The translations under genes and the position numbers were made by a program. Below the pieces are notes generated by a model. It worked only from the letters and a program-made list of their open reading frames with translations, was not told where the DNA came from and did no database searches. From the NCBI GenBank assembly GCA_036172245.1, contig JAYWIR010000006.1, positions 1,178,001 to 1,242,000 on the forward strand: DNA of 64,000 bases. Reading direction: 5' to 3'. This stretch comes from Raillietiella orientalis. Its lineage: Eukaryota. Below, piece by piece: positions 1-11,400 of the stretch (positions within the stretch are counted from its first letter, which is position 1; every line of letters starts with the position of its first letter).

Positions 1-373
1 ATTTAAGAAAAAGATTCACAGACATTCAGGAAGCAAATGGGGCTCGATTTCCAGAATATTCACACGCTCCAAAACTCGAAAAAGTTTAGATTGTGGTAAT
101 AAGAATTTTATCTTGTAAATTTGATCGCAAAAGGAAACTATGTTTACTATCTAAGAGAAGGAAACTGCTATATAGTACTATATATGTATATGTTAGGCTG
201 TCGCTAGAAAGAAAGAAAAAAAAAAAAAATGATTTGACGGTCGCCTCTTCTTGTTAGCCGAAATTTGCTCTGTTGGAAGCAGTTTGAGTAATGATGATGA
301 CGCAGATTCGATCGTGTCCTCTTGAGTTGACCAGGAGAAACCTCCAAAATGTGTTTTGTTCTCTTTTGTGTAG

Positions 374-3300
374 ACAACTTGAAAGCAAAACGGAGCTCAT
401 GGTCACCGTACAGCTCTACTTGCAGTTCGCCAGTTCTTGAAAACAATTACGTGCAAAAATTAAAATCCCTGGAGGATGCTCTGAAGATTCCAATGGAGAA
501 GTGGAAGGCTAATATGGTGTTAGCATGGCTGGAAATTGCTTTGGGGATGCACCAGTATAAGGTGGCATGTGCAGAAAACATCAGAAGCGGAAAGGTAAGA
601 CACTCAGTTCCCTTTGAAAAAAACGTTGCCGAAATTGCCTGCATTCGCCGATCAGAAATCGGCTTAGCGTAGTTTCCTCAACTTTTTCAACCTTAATTTT
701 AGTAAAGAGGCAATGTAATGAGGATTTTCAAAGCGACTTTTTTTGCTCAGGTGCTTCTAGAGCTTACAGACGAAGAGTTCGAAAGTGGGCTTTCCATTCG
801 GAATCCAATGCATCGCAAAAAACTCAGGTTAGCAGTCGAAGAACAAAGGAACTATGCATCAGTTAAATACCCTAAAATAAGACAATTAGACCATCTTTGG
901 GTGTGCAACGAGTGGTTGATTGATTTAGGATTATCACAGGTAATTCTTGCTACCCAATTCTTCAGCATCATTACTTATCGGAAATTTTTCCCGTCTTTCC
1001 AAATAATTTATTGCGAGCAACAAGCATTAGCACGCTTTCCTTTGCTCCACCAGAAGAGCTCAACAGCATCGGAATTCTGCTGTCGCAAGAATTTTGTTCT
1101 TTACTTCTTCTTTGTCCGTGCCATTGGAGGCAACGTCGCTCATAACTGGCATAGCCAGCAAGCAGATTAGTAATTAATGCAGATTAATGCTTTGTCGATT
1201 TCGGGTAGATTGAGATCACGTTAAGGGCGAATTTTCTTTTCTTTTTTTTTTTTCCCCCCCCCCACCCCATTCTGCGAACACCGCTCTTCTCTTCTTCACC
1301 ATTTCACTGTTCCCAAGCGGCGACTGCGTCCACCGCTTGGGCATCGCTTGGTTCCCATAAAGAACCATTGCCTGCACAAGTGTACTAAGGAATAAAGGGG
1401 ATTCCAAGTACGACATGGAGTTTCGAGCTTTTCAATGAGCAGGCTGTCGAATCCTTCAGTGATTATCTATCTAATCACTTCAGAAAGAACTAAAAAAAAA
1501 ATAGGCCTCTTTCAAAATAGAAAGAAAGCAAACTGTCTTAGGAACCTAATTAAGTACGATGCTCCTTTTAACAACTTAAACATGCTTTCTAGTATCGTGA
1601 AGCATTCATGACTTTTCTCGTCGATGGAAGAATGCTGGATAATCTAACCAAGAAAGAGCTCGAGAAGTATTTGGGGTTATCCAAAAAATTCCATCAAGCT
1701 TCCATCTTTCATGCAATTCAGCTATTGAAGATGATTGGTTATGATTTAGAGTTACTCCAGGAAAGAAGGGCAAGGAGTGAAAATTACAATATTGATCCTC
1801 TGTTCTGGACCAATAAAAGATTTGTGAAATGGGCAAGAAGCATTGATCTCGTCGAATATGCAGACAGTCTGATAAGTAAGCATCCCATCCTTAATGTCCT
1901 ATCATTCGTTTATTTTATTGAGACAGCATTACCTTAGTCAAACTGTAATTAAAGCGCTGACCTCACAATGCCTTTGTTCATCATCAAATGTAAGCATTCA
2001 CACTTCAACACCTGCTCGCTGCGGCTTGATCGTTTGTACTCATCCGAGTCATTATGGATTCATTACTTTTTGAGCTCCGTACACACTTAACAGTAAACAG
2101 ATACGTCAAAATATTTTTTTTTCCCAAAAAAATATTGAGTGTCAAATTGACGCTCTTTGCAAGCCTCGCAATTTTCAGCGATCACTAAACACGAAACATT
2201 TCGATTTGATCCCAACGACCGACCGTTATTTTTCGTCCCTCTTTCGCCCTCCAAAGCAGACGTTCATCCAAGCTTTTTCTCCTCCTCCTCAAGATAGTGG
2301 GATTCATGGGGCCCTCGTGATCCTGGAGCTGTCTTTCGATGCAGAAACCATGGCTACCGCCATCGGCATACCGCAAAACAAGGTCATCATTCGCAGGCAT
2401 CTAGCTTCCGAACTGGAAGCTCTCGTCGGTCCAGCCAGGTACGGAGCGGAAACTCTTTCCCATAACGCCCTCGGTTCTTGGACAGGCACGCGATAGAAGA
2501 GCACATCAGACAGATCCGATTCCAGCCGGAGAGAACGCCGTCACAAGGAAACGTGTACCACAACCAAAGCGTGAACCACTCCATGGAAAGTGCCAAAAGC
2601 TCCGAATCCTCGAGCAGGGCTCGGCAAAAGAATAATCTACGGGTGAGAATCCCCCGCGCGCGAGAAGGACGGGCGCAGAGGCCGGCGGCGCGCGCTCGCC
2701 GCCGTTCCGAGTCGCAGGACGGGCGCCCGCGCTCTCTCCCCCAAGAGCACCTTCCCCGGGGATCGGCTCCAGAGCCCCCGATTCTCCCCGCGGACGGTCG
2801 AAGCGGAGGCAGGCGGAGCCGACGCGAAGAGCGAGCCCAGCCAACAACCCCTTTCCTGCTTCGGGAAGGGGTGGCGCCGACACGTTCCCCCACATCAGCG
2901 CCCGTGCCGCCGGGGGGGCAGCTCGTGCGCGCGGACCCCGGACGATGCTGCCGGTGCCTTCCCGAGGTGCCCTGCTCTCGCCGACCGCGCGCCGTTTCCT
3001 TGGTTTACCGGCCGTCGCGCTCCCTCCTTGGCGCGCCCTTTCGGTCGCCCGCGCTGGCACGGCTGCATGGATGCGAGGAAGTGCCGACTCCCGAACGACC
3101 CTCCACCCCTCTCCTCTCTGCGGACCACAGGAACTGGGGCGCCGAGCGGGGACTGCCCCAGGGCTTCGCCTTGACTTCCCGTTCCCTTGCATTGCAGCAG
3201 TCCCTGAGCAAGGCGCTGGGCCTGAAGCTGAGGAGCGAGCTGGGGAGGAGCTGCACCGCCGAGGAAGAGCAGATGAACGCGGAAGACGGCGTGCCCGTAG

Positions 3301-3407
3301 AACAGCAGCAGCAGCAGCAGCAGCTGCGGAACTTCCCGAAGAACGAGAACGGGGGATCCAAAGACCCGTTCTCCAGCATCTCCTCCGTGATAGTGGCTCC
3401 CATTTGA
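374..3407 (+). CDS. KAZN: Kazrin-like (liprin-related) triple SAM domain protein, 3' portion; 5' exons lie upstream of the window
   Basis: Frame-consistent GT-AG exons: 374-594, 751-939, 1593-1875, 2294-2438, 2486-2642, 3198-3407. The spliced translation has kazrin SAM motifs: WKANMVLAWLEIALGMHQYKVACAENIRSGK|VLLELTDEEFESGLSIRNPMHRKKLRLAVEE, LDHLWVCNEWLIDLGLSQ|YREAFMTFLVDGRML, DPLFWTNKRFVKWARSIDLVEYADSL, SGIHGALVILELSFDAETMATAIGIPQNKVIIRRHL. The last exon is less certain than the SAM exons. Confidence 0.88.
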
Positions 3408-5300
3408 CGCTCGCCTCCCTCTCGCCTGGTTCGGGAAGAAACGGGAAGGCGCCCCGGGCGCGGAGCGGTCCTGCGACGAGTCGGAGGACGGCGATGAGGC
3501 GGCGGCGTCCGGCGCGTTCCGTCTGCTCGCCTCGTGACGTCACGCCCCCCCTCCCGTCCTCCTTCTCGTCCTTCCCTCCCGCCGAGGCGGGCGAACGGGC
3601 GAGGTACGCACCGAGACGGGTCTGCCGGTGCGGCTGCAGAACCGCGGTGGCTCGTGGACCATGCCGCCCGTGCGCCAACGTGCAGTTGGCGGGATCGCTT
3701 CGCAGCGCCCACCGTCTCTAGTCATGCGGAAACGTCCACGAGCAGAAGCTGCCCAACGAGACGTCCAGTTTGATCTCAAGCTAGCCGTCCGCTCAGCCGC
3801 ACCAGAGCGGCCAGACGGCTGCTGCTGCTCCGCCGGCACCGCCCCGCGACCGACGGCCGCTCGTGAGGATTTGGTGCTCACGTGACCGGCGGCTGCTGGA
3901 CAGGGGAGGCCTACCGTCTGGAGCAAAGCGCGCAGAAATAAAAGGATTCTATTTTTCGAAGAAGCGGCTTGTTCTCCTGGGTGACGGAGGGGGAGGTGGG
4001 GAGCCGCCGTGTCGGTTGCGGGGACGCTGGTCGCTTGGCGAGCTGGGTCCCTTGCGGGGTGCGAGAACGAGGGCCAGGGTGCACCACCAGCGTCACCTGT
4101 TCGTTGGCGCGCGCGCATCGATTGGCGCCGGGACCGTTTTGCAGTGGGTGGGTCGGGGGTTGCCGGTTGTCGTTCTGAAGTCGGCGGGCGGCCCGTTGGC
4201 GCTCTTCGTTGACCGGAAGGACGCACCTGCTCTTTGCTCCTGCCCTGCCTGACGAGGCTGCCGGACCCGGAGGCGGAGGACTGCTGGCGCGGGCGCGGCT
4301 GCTGCTCAGCGATTTCTCGTCTCCTTGGAGCTCGCCTCCTTCGAGGATGGCGGGACTGAGCGCTCCTGGGGAGTGTGCAGTCCCGCTCAGCTGCTCGGCG
4401 TCTCCGGCAGGTGTCTCGCCAGAGACGCCGCACATCGGCTCCCTTCACCCCCTCCTCCCCCCCCCCCCCCCCGCTAGCACGCACGCGCGCACCACGCTGT
4501 CTTGCGCAGGGAAAGCGCCATGGGGGAGCGCCCGCTAGGGTTGCGCGCCAGAGGCACCCGGAAGCATGCGAGCGAGCGAGCGCGCGCCCTCCCGCTCCCG
4601 CGCCCGCTCCCTACCCTCGCGCCGTCCGACCAGCCCTCTGCCGGGTGCTCGCCTCCGCGCAGCCGACCCTCTCAGCCTGGCGCGAGCGCGCGCGCAGGCG
4701 CAAGCGCGGTGGGCAGGCCGTCGCGCGGGGCGGCGGGCGTGCCGTGGGCCGAGCGAAACCCCGAGACTGGGCGTTCCGCTGCGCGAGCGCCTTCGAAACG
4801 ACGTCTCCGTCTGCGACAGGCGGGCCGAGGGAGCGACCGCCTCCCCGAGCGGGCCCGCCCGCCGTCCGGAGCCTCCGCTGCGCTTCCGCCCCGCTTTGGA
4901 CCCGTCCGACCGCTGCCGAACTGTTCCCCCCACATGGACTCGTCCGGCGTCGAGTAGCGCGCGCGCCGCGACGGCGGCGGCCGCCTTGCGAACTAGCGTG
5001 TCGTCGGAGCGCGCCCGCTTCGAGGCGCCCGACCCAGCGCTAACGGGCGTTGGCGCCCTTCGCCCGCCCCTTCGGGTGTCGTCGGGGCTGGCGTCCGGCG
5101 GTCGCCTCCGGAGCGAGAAAAAAAAAAACTGCTAGAGGCGAAAGGCTGCCGTTGCGAACGGAACGGAATTGGCGGCGGCCGTCTCGTTCGTGGCCAGGCC
5201 GAGTCCGCTGTGTCTGTGACCCCCTGCGGACCGGGGTCCCGCCGCGGTCTGCTCTGCCCCTCCTCCTCTTTCGAGACGCGCTCGGGTGCCCGCCGTCATC
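2643..5300. other. Very GC- and CpG-rich island
   Basis: Dense CG/GCGC runs and a poly-C tract near 4457-4473. Long overlapping Arg/Pro/Ala/Gly ORFs occur in all six frames, as expected at very high GC. It contrasts sharply with the AT-rich first 2.2 kb. Confidence 0.8.
3303..3323 (+). repeat. (CAG)7 encoding polyglutamine in the last kazrin exon
   Basis: cagcagcagcagcagcagcag, in frame as Q7. Confidence 0.9.
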
Positions 5301-5329
5301 GCTTCATATACGCCTGTTGCCTGAATTCT

Positions 5330-6290
5330 GCATGGAGCACAATGCGAGCGCCACCTGTGGGACACGGCGGTGCTTTGGCGTTGGGAATAGCCGAAAGTCA
5401 GCACCTTCTGTGCTTGGTATGCACGGATGCTGCGTTGAGGCCCCGTACGAATTCATTTCTTCGCGCCCCCTTTTCCAGCGGTATGTCGATGGTCCTTCGA
5501 TGTGAGCAGAGCAGCTGCTGGATTGGGAGTACCCTTAAGAGAGTGCTCGTTCGACTCTTGCTGGACATCTGTGGAACTGCTTTGCTTGATGTTTCGGTCT
5601 TTTTTTAAAAAAAATAAAATGAAATGCAACAAAATGGACTTTCTGTTATTCTGATTGCGAACCATACAGTCTTCTATCGGATTAGGGATCTGGAAGATAA
5701 GTGGAAGATCCACTTCCCATTTCTCCGAGGCGTCCATCGGTTCCTATATTGACTGATTCCTCGATTCGCTCTCCTCTTCATTGTGGTTCCAGAGAATGTT
5801 TCAGCTGAGTCTCTCAGCTGGACCGTTTGTTGGTCAGGGCGAACGCACGTGTTTTTGAAACGTACACACATGTACCGGCAACTTTTGTGCAGTCCGAGGA
5901 GGTTGCGTTCAACTCCCCCAGGCTGTGTCCACGCGGACAAGTTCTCCCTGTGGCTTGTCGAGCTGCCCCGCGTCTGCCGTAGCGGCGAGGTGCCCCGTCC
6001 GACGCTCGAGCACGTCAGTCCGGGCCCTGTCAGCTCTCCTGCACCAGGGGGACACCGCGAGGGACTTGATGCGCCGCTTCTTCACGCCAGGCGGCCTGTC
6101 TTTGGGTGCTGTCGTTGCAACCGTGTGTTGCACCCGCGCCATCGACAAGGCCCACCGAGAGTTGGAGAAGCTGGCCATCCTTCGTCAGCCCACCGGATTA
6201 GCCAGCGCGAGCATGTCGTCGGCTTCCGAGTGGGCCCACCTACCAGAGAGCGTGAGGAGAGAGATCGCCGGCATCCATCGCCGGTTCTGA
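5330..6290 (+). CDS. Possible small multi-exon gene of unknown product
   Basis: Exon-like blocks flanked by pyrimidine-AG and GT sites. The terminal block reads GGLSLGAVVATVCCTRAIDKAHRELEKLAILRQ...IAGIHRRF*, followed by AATAAA at 6482. I could not build one consistent splice path or recognise homology. Confidence 0.25.
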
Positions 6291-6950
6291 AAGGAAGGAA
6301 CGGCCGAACCAAAGACCCCTGTCCCCTGCCCTCCATATTTTTATTTTTTTATAGTAGTGTATTTGTGGTCCCCTCCCTCCCGTTCCGGACTTTCGGTATA
6401 CCGACCTGCGTGTCGGGGATCCCACATCCTTCGTCTTCTCTGTATCCTTTGTCCGGGAGCTCTGTTCCCGGATAGTTTTGTAATAAACGCCCCGGCGCAC
6501 CCGGGTGATAATCAGTCCGGGCCCTCTTTCATGAAGGGTGTGGATCTACAAAGAGGGGTGGGTGTATTTTCGAAAAGGGAAGCACGCCGAGGTCTTTGCC
6601 CGAGAGACCGCGGTCCATTCCAGGAAGTCGCATCGGGTGGACGAGATTCTCGAGGGCTGCAGCTCCCGCGGGAGCCGCGGCCTCACAAACGCGCGGGGCT
6701 GCCTTCTGCCCAGACAGGAGCGTTTTTCTGCTGAAAGCCCTTCCAGAGGAAGCATCGCCCACCCTCCTTCTGGACTTTTCCTGCGATGTCTTTCTGAAGG
6801 AAGTGCAATCGGTGCTCGTACAAAAGCACCCTTTCCCATGCAATCCCTGCTCCGTTATGTCCCCCACCCAAAAATTTCGGTAGCGAACTTTTGCGCATTT
6901 GGTTTTATTTTTCCCACGCTCGCCAGCTGGTCCAAAAATAGATTCCAACA

Positions 6951-8482
6951 ATGCTCGCCGGTGAGTATGCTGATGGTGGTGTTCAGCAACACGTCAAAAA
7001 ATCGATACGTGAGCCAAAGTTCATGAATTAAAGTTTATCTCCAATGTGTTTCTTGAAATGGGCGCTGTTGGCGCGATCGCTGTTCTTGGCGCCACAGGAA
7101 TTTTGAGCTACATGCTGTACGTGGCCTCGAAGAGATTCGAGAAAAATGCAGCATTGGTAAGAAAATTTCTTTTCTTCATGGATGCCGGTATCGGAGAGTG
7201 GAAAATGGAGAAGCACTAATCACCTTCCGGATTTTTTTTTTTTATTTTTTTTATGGTGGTGGTAGTCGTGTTCTTAGTATTTTTACCTCTTGAAGCAAGA
7301 CGAACGAATGGTGTTTTAAAAAAACGCCATTCCCGTTGGTTCACATGAGTAATCCGATGGTGTTTTTCCGGAAAAAAACTCATCCTGGTTGCTGCTGCTC
7401 CCTCCCTACATTGGCATTAAGTAAGGGGATCGCCAGCCGCGTTTCGTCCACATTTTTGATGCATGAGCCGATTCTCTGGTGCTCAGACGTGACGTGTGCA
7501 AAAAAAAAAAAAAAAAAAAAATATATATGCCATGAAATCGAGGGTGGAATCCATCTGTCCTAATGCGGACGTGTCTCCAAGGCCTCCAAACTCGAGAAGC
7601 AGCTGGACAGTTTCCGCGACGACATGCGTTCGTATGCAGAAGCCCTGGGCCAGCGGACGAATCGCGAGATCGCCCTGAGGGAGCAGGTCAGTCCGGCCCC
7701 TCCAGTCGTCTCCCCGTTCGAACCAGCTTTTCAGGACAGAGTTGCGAGCGTGCAGGCGCATGTGGCGGCGGGTCCTTCCGAGGACGAAAGGCAAAGTGAA
7801 ATCGAAAGCCTTCGAGCGAGGCTGAGAGTAAGTCGAGCTCTCAGCGTGTGTGCATGCGATGCAATAGAACTCCCGGTCGTGTGTGCATTTGTGCTTTCCT
7901 TTCGCTCTTTGAGTTTCTCTTTCTCTGCACTCCTCTCTCTCTCTCTCTCTCTCTCTCTATGTCCCCCCCCATCGCATCTCCATTTCTGGCTTTCAGGAAT
8001 TCAAAGGGTTGACGGAAACTCTCGAAAGCCAGCTCAGGAAGTCCATCCAAGAACTGGAGGGGAAGACCGTCGACCTCGAAGCGTACTCTGGTAAGATCAG
8101 AGAGCTGGAGGAGTCGAACAGCAGCTTGAAGGAGTACATACGAGATCTGGAATCTTCCAGCATGAGGAAGAGTCAAGAGAACGAGCTGATTCTCGTGCAC
8201 GCGGATGTGCTGCAGAAGAAGATGGAGTTCTCGGAAAGGAACAACCGCGACCTGGAGAAGCTCATCAAGGAGCTGGAAGGCTCCTCCTCCGGAAGGAAGC
8301 AGGAGCTGCAAGCCTTGCGTCACAGGGTCAAGGAACTGGAGAGGACGCGGCAGCATCAGAAGGAGCAGAACGAAAGCGTCCTGACCACAGCACTCGGGGA
8401 GGAATACCTGCACTTGGACAAGTGCCTCCAGCACATGACCAGCAGACTCGAAGACTACAAGAAGCGTCACAACAGCATGTGA
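6951..8482 (+). CDS. Unidentified coiled-coil protein with a hydrophobic N-terminal segment
   Basis: Frame-consistent exons 6951-6960 (atgctcgccg|gtgagt), 7098-7156, 7582-7686, 7735-7827, 7997-8482. Translation: MLAGILSYMLYVASKRFEKNAALASKLEKQLDSFRDDMRSY...EIESLRARLREFKGLTETLESQLRKSIQELEGK...RLEDYKKRHNSM*, which is E/K/L-rich with heptad periodicity. The start codon is uncertain. Confidence 0.65.
7933..7958. repeat. (CT)n microsatellite in an intron
   Basis: Perfect CT run. Confidence 0.9.
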
Positions 8483-11400
8483 GGTGGAGATGACGTTATC
8501 CTCCAGAGGGGAGGTCCGCGTGGTCGGCTTCCGGAGATTTCTTCCTCTCGGGGGACAGAGGGAGAATCAGGAAGGAGGAGAAAGTTTCCTGCCTCCTTCG
8601 GGACCGAATGCTTCGTTCTTCGTCACGAGGGAGCTTCCCGTCTGGGTGACGGCCAGGTCGAAGATCCCTTCTGACGGTCCTTGCTCCGGGATCGGAGGAC
8701 GGCGCTGCTTGGCTGAAACAGAAGGTTCCTTCTGGTTCGCTGGATCTTCTCGAGTGAGACTGCTGGTTTCTCATTGGCGCTGAGGATCAGGCCTTCCTCT
8801 CACACCGCCCCCTCTGCGGAGCGCTCTTGTCCTGCGTCTCCTACGAGCTTTCCATCAATCGGGAGAGGCTGACCGTTGCTGCCCGCGCTAGATTCTTGCC
8901 GTCTTCCGCTAGCAGGAGCCAGGACCAGCGCTCCGTCAACGCGGACCTCTGAAGTCGTTGCCCCACCCATTCGGGCAAGAGCTCTCAGCTTCCGCAGTAG
9001 AGTAGACTGAAAGGAAGCAGGGAGAACTACAGCTGTCCTGCGACCGCCACCATCCTCCCCGGGTTCTCATTGATCAAAAAATAAAAGACATGAACTTTTA
9101 ATGCTTTTCCGCCTTCGCACCTCGCCCCCCCCCCTCTTCCGGCAATCAGATCACTGAGCTGTGGACCCAGCATTTCTGGTCACGGTAGATCGACGAGGAT
9201 CCGCGCTTCTTGGGCGAAGGCAGCCACATGGACGCGCGCTTCACCCGATCGGGTCGCGTCGAGGCCAGGGATGTTGACCTCCTCTCGTAACACCCCCGTG
9301 CTATCTCGTGCCTGTCGTGAAGACCCCGTGAGTCATCACCATCTGCTGTTCCGCGCAGAATACCACAACCCGGGAGACTCGGTTGCCATGCTGGCCCTTC
9401 CTTCCCCATTCTCCTCCCCCCCCCCGCACCATCCTCCTTCAGGCGATCGAGCAGGAACACGAACTGTGTCTCCGGCACGGAGCAGCGACCCGCTCTCTCA
9501 TCTGCTCTCTCAGGAGATCCCTGTCGACCTTGAAAAACCCTCCTGCTTTTCCGGAAGCGCGCATGCCGTGCGCAAGTGCGACCAAGAGTCGAGCAGCAAC
9601 GTGCGTATCGCTTTCTTGGGTGAGAGCACCTTCGGCACTGTCACGGGCAGACTTGGTGAGGACACCGTTTGCTCGCTGTAAGCGGTCCTCGAAGCGGCGC
9701 ACTGGAGGCATGGAGTTCGGGCCAGCTGCTTGGATTCCCGGTCTCTCTTCGTGGGCTAACGCGCGCACGGAGCATTTCTTCGATGGTTGCACCGTGCGTC
9801 TTTTCAAGAGCCTCCCGACTCTCGCAAACTTGGCTCCTAACCGAATGTCCTCTCCGGATCAGGGATTCTTTCTTCACTCAGCTTGAATCCCTCAGTCGCC
9901 TCTGCATCCCTGTAAAAACAAAAAACAAAAAAACCGCTTCTAAAGTTTCTAGTTCGCTTCGGCAGTTTCTATATGCGCAGCGCCATCTTCGTTCAGCTCC
10001 TCAAATTGCATCTCCGGTCCGTGTCCCTCGTAGATGAGGGCTTGTGGAAAGTGCCGGCAGGTGGCTCGCAAAAAATGCCATCCTTTCGGAAGAACTTTGC
10101 CTTGCACTTGTTGAACCTTCTCTTCTTCCGGGAAGACGTAAGGATGATGAGCGTGGGGCAGCAATCAATAAAGTGAATTGCCAAAGCCAGCATGCCAGGT
10201 TTGGAGGGTGCCAAATCATTTCTTGAGGGGTTCGTCGAAAAACGGGGTCTATCCAATGAATCAAGGGAAGGAGGGAGTCTGCTGGACAAGCTAACAAAAG
10301 AGAAAAGGGGGGGGGGGGGAATGGAGATAGGAAGGGAGCTGAAGACTAGAAGAAAAAGAAAAATTCCAGACACCTCGATTGTTATAAACTACAACAGGAC
10401 GCAATTTCGTTCGCTGACCGATTCCTTGGCTGTGCCCCAAAATTGTTATGGGCGGCACGAAGAAGCATCCTGCTCCACCGATAAGTCGGTGCCCATCCCG
10501 TTTTGACGGGAGTCTTCCTGCGGTTCCTTTTTCGATCGATTGCGCCTGGAGTGGCGGCACAGCAGAGCGGTGCCTCGGCCGTTGGAGAACGCGCTTCGGC
10601 GGAAGGCAACTACCTGCGCCGCCGCCCTTCTCTCTCCGCCTTCTTTGAGCGGCCGCAAAACCTCCCGTCGGGAAGGGGAGGGGGGAGGAGTCACCACGGC
10701 ACTCCTGCAAGCCGGCTTCTCCTGCTTTCCAGCGGGCAGCGGCATGCCCTGAGGTGAATTCCGCCATTGTCGCGACCGGGAAACGGGGTCGTTTCGATTC
10801 TGTTTGTAGACCTGCGCGAGGTCCTCCCCCCCCCCCTTCCGAAGTCCTCCGTTTGCGAGATTTGCCACCCTCTTAAGGGAGGAGCCATGCGCTGCGTGAA
10901 GAAAGTCGCCCCCAAAGCGTGTCAGGTGACATAGCACGGAAGGGTTCCAACCCGAGTCCTCCATTTGCGGAAGGTTTGCGGAAACGAAAGCTGAGCAGGC
11001 ACATTTGTGTGGCTGAAAAAGGGAACTCGGCCTCATGAGGAGTAGGGCGTGACGTAAACGCTGTTGTTGTTGTCGTGCTCAGGGCGCCCAGAACCGTTGT
11101 CTTTCTGGAGCCGCAGGGTTCAGCATTCCCATAACTGAAGTAGAAGGTGAGCCAATACGGGAAGGTTCATTAGGCAATCGTCTCTCAGTAAACATGGAAG
11201 GACGCGACGTGATCTGCAACAAGGATCGGGATGCAGATCAGAGCTATCCTTACTGATCAGTGGCCCAGGATGTGCGCTCCATAGCGTGGCTGTTCTCACA
11301 TCAGCAGATCCCACAGCACACGAACCATTCTACAGACCTCCAAGGTCGATGGTTAGAATGCGCCTGCAAGAGCCACATTAGACTGGCGGAACGCCACGAC

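Noticed and set aside
2506..5135. Many long overlapping ORFs (up to 390 aa) in all six frames
   Set aside because: Arg/Ala/Pro/Gly-rich with no domains; explained by stop-codon scarcity at very high GC.
7841..8470. 209-aa minus-strand ORF
   Set aside because: Antisense shadow of the coiled-coil exon on the plus strand.
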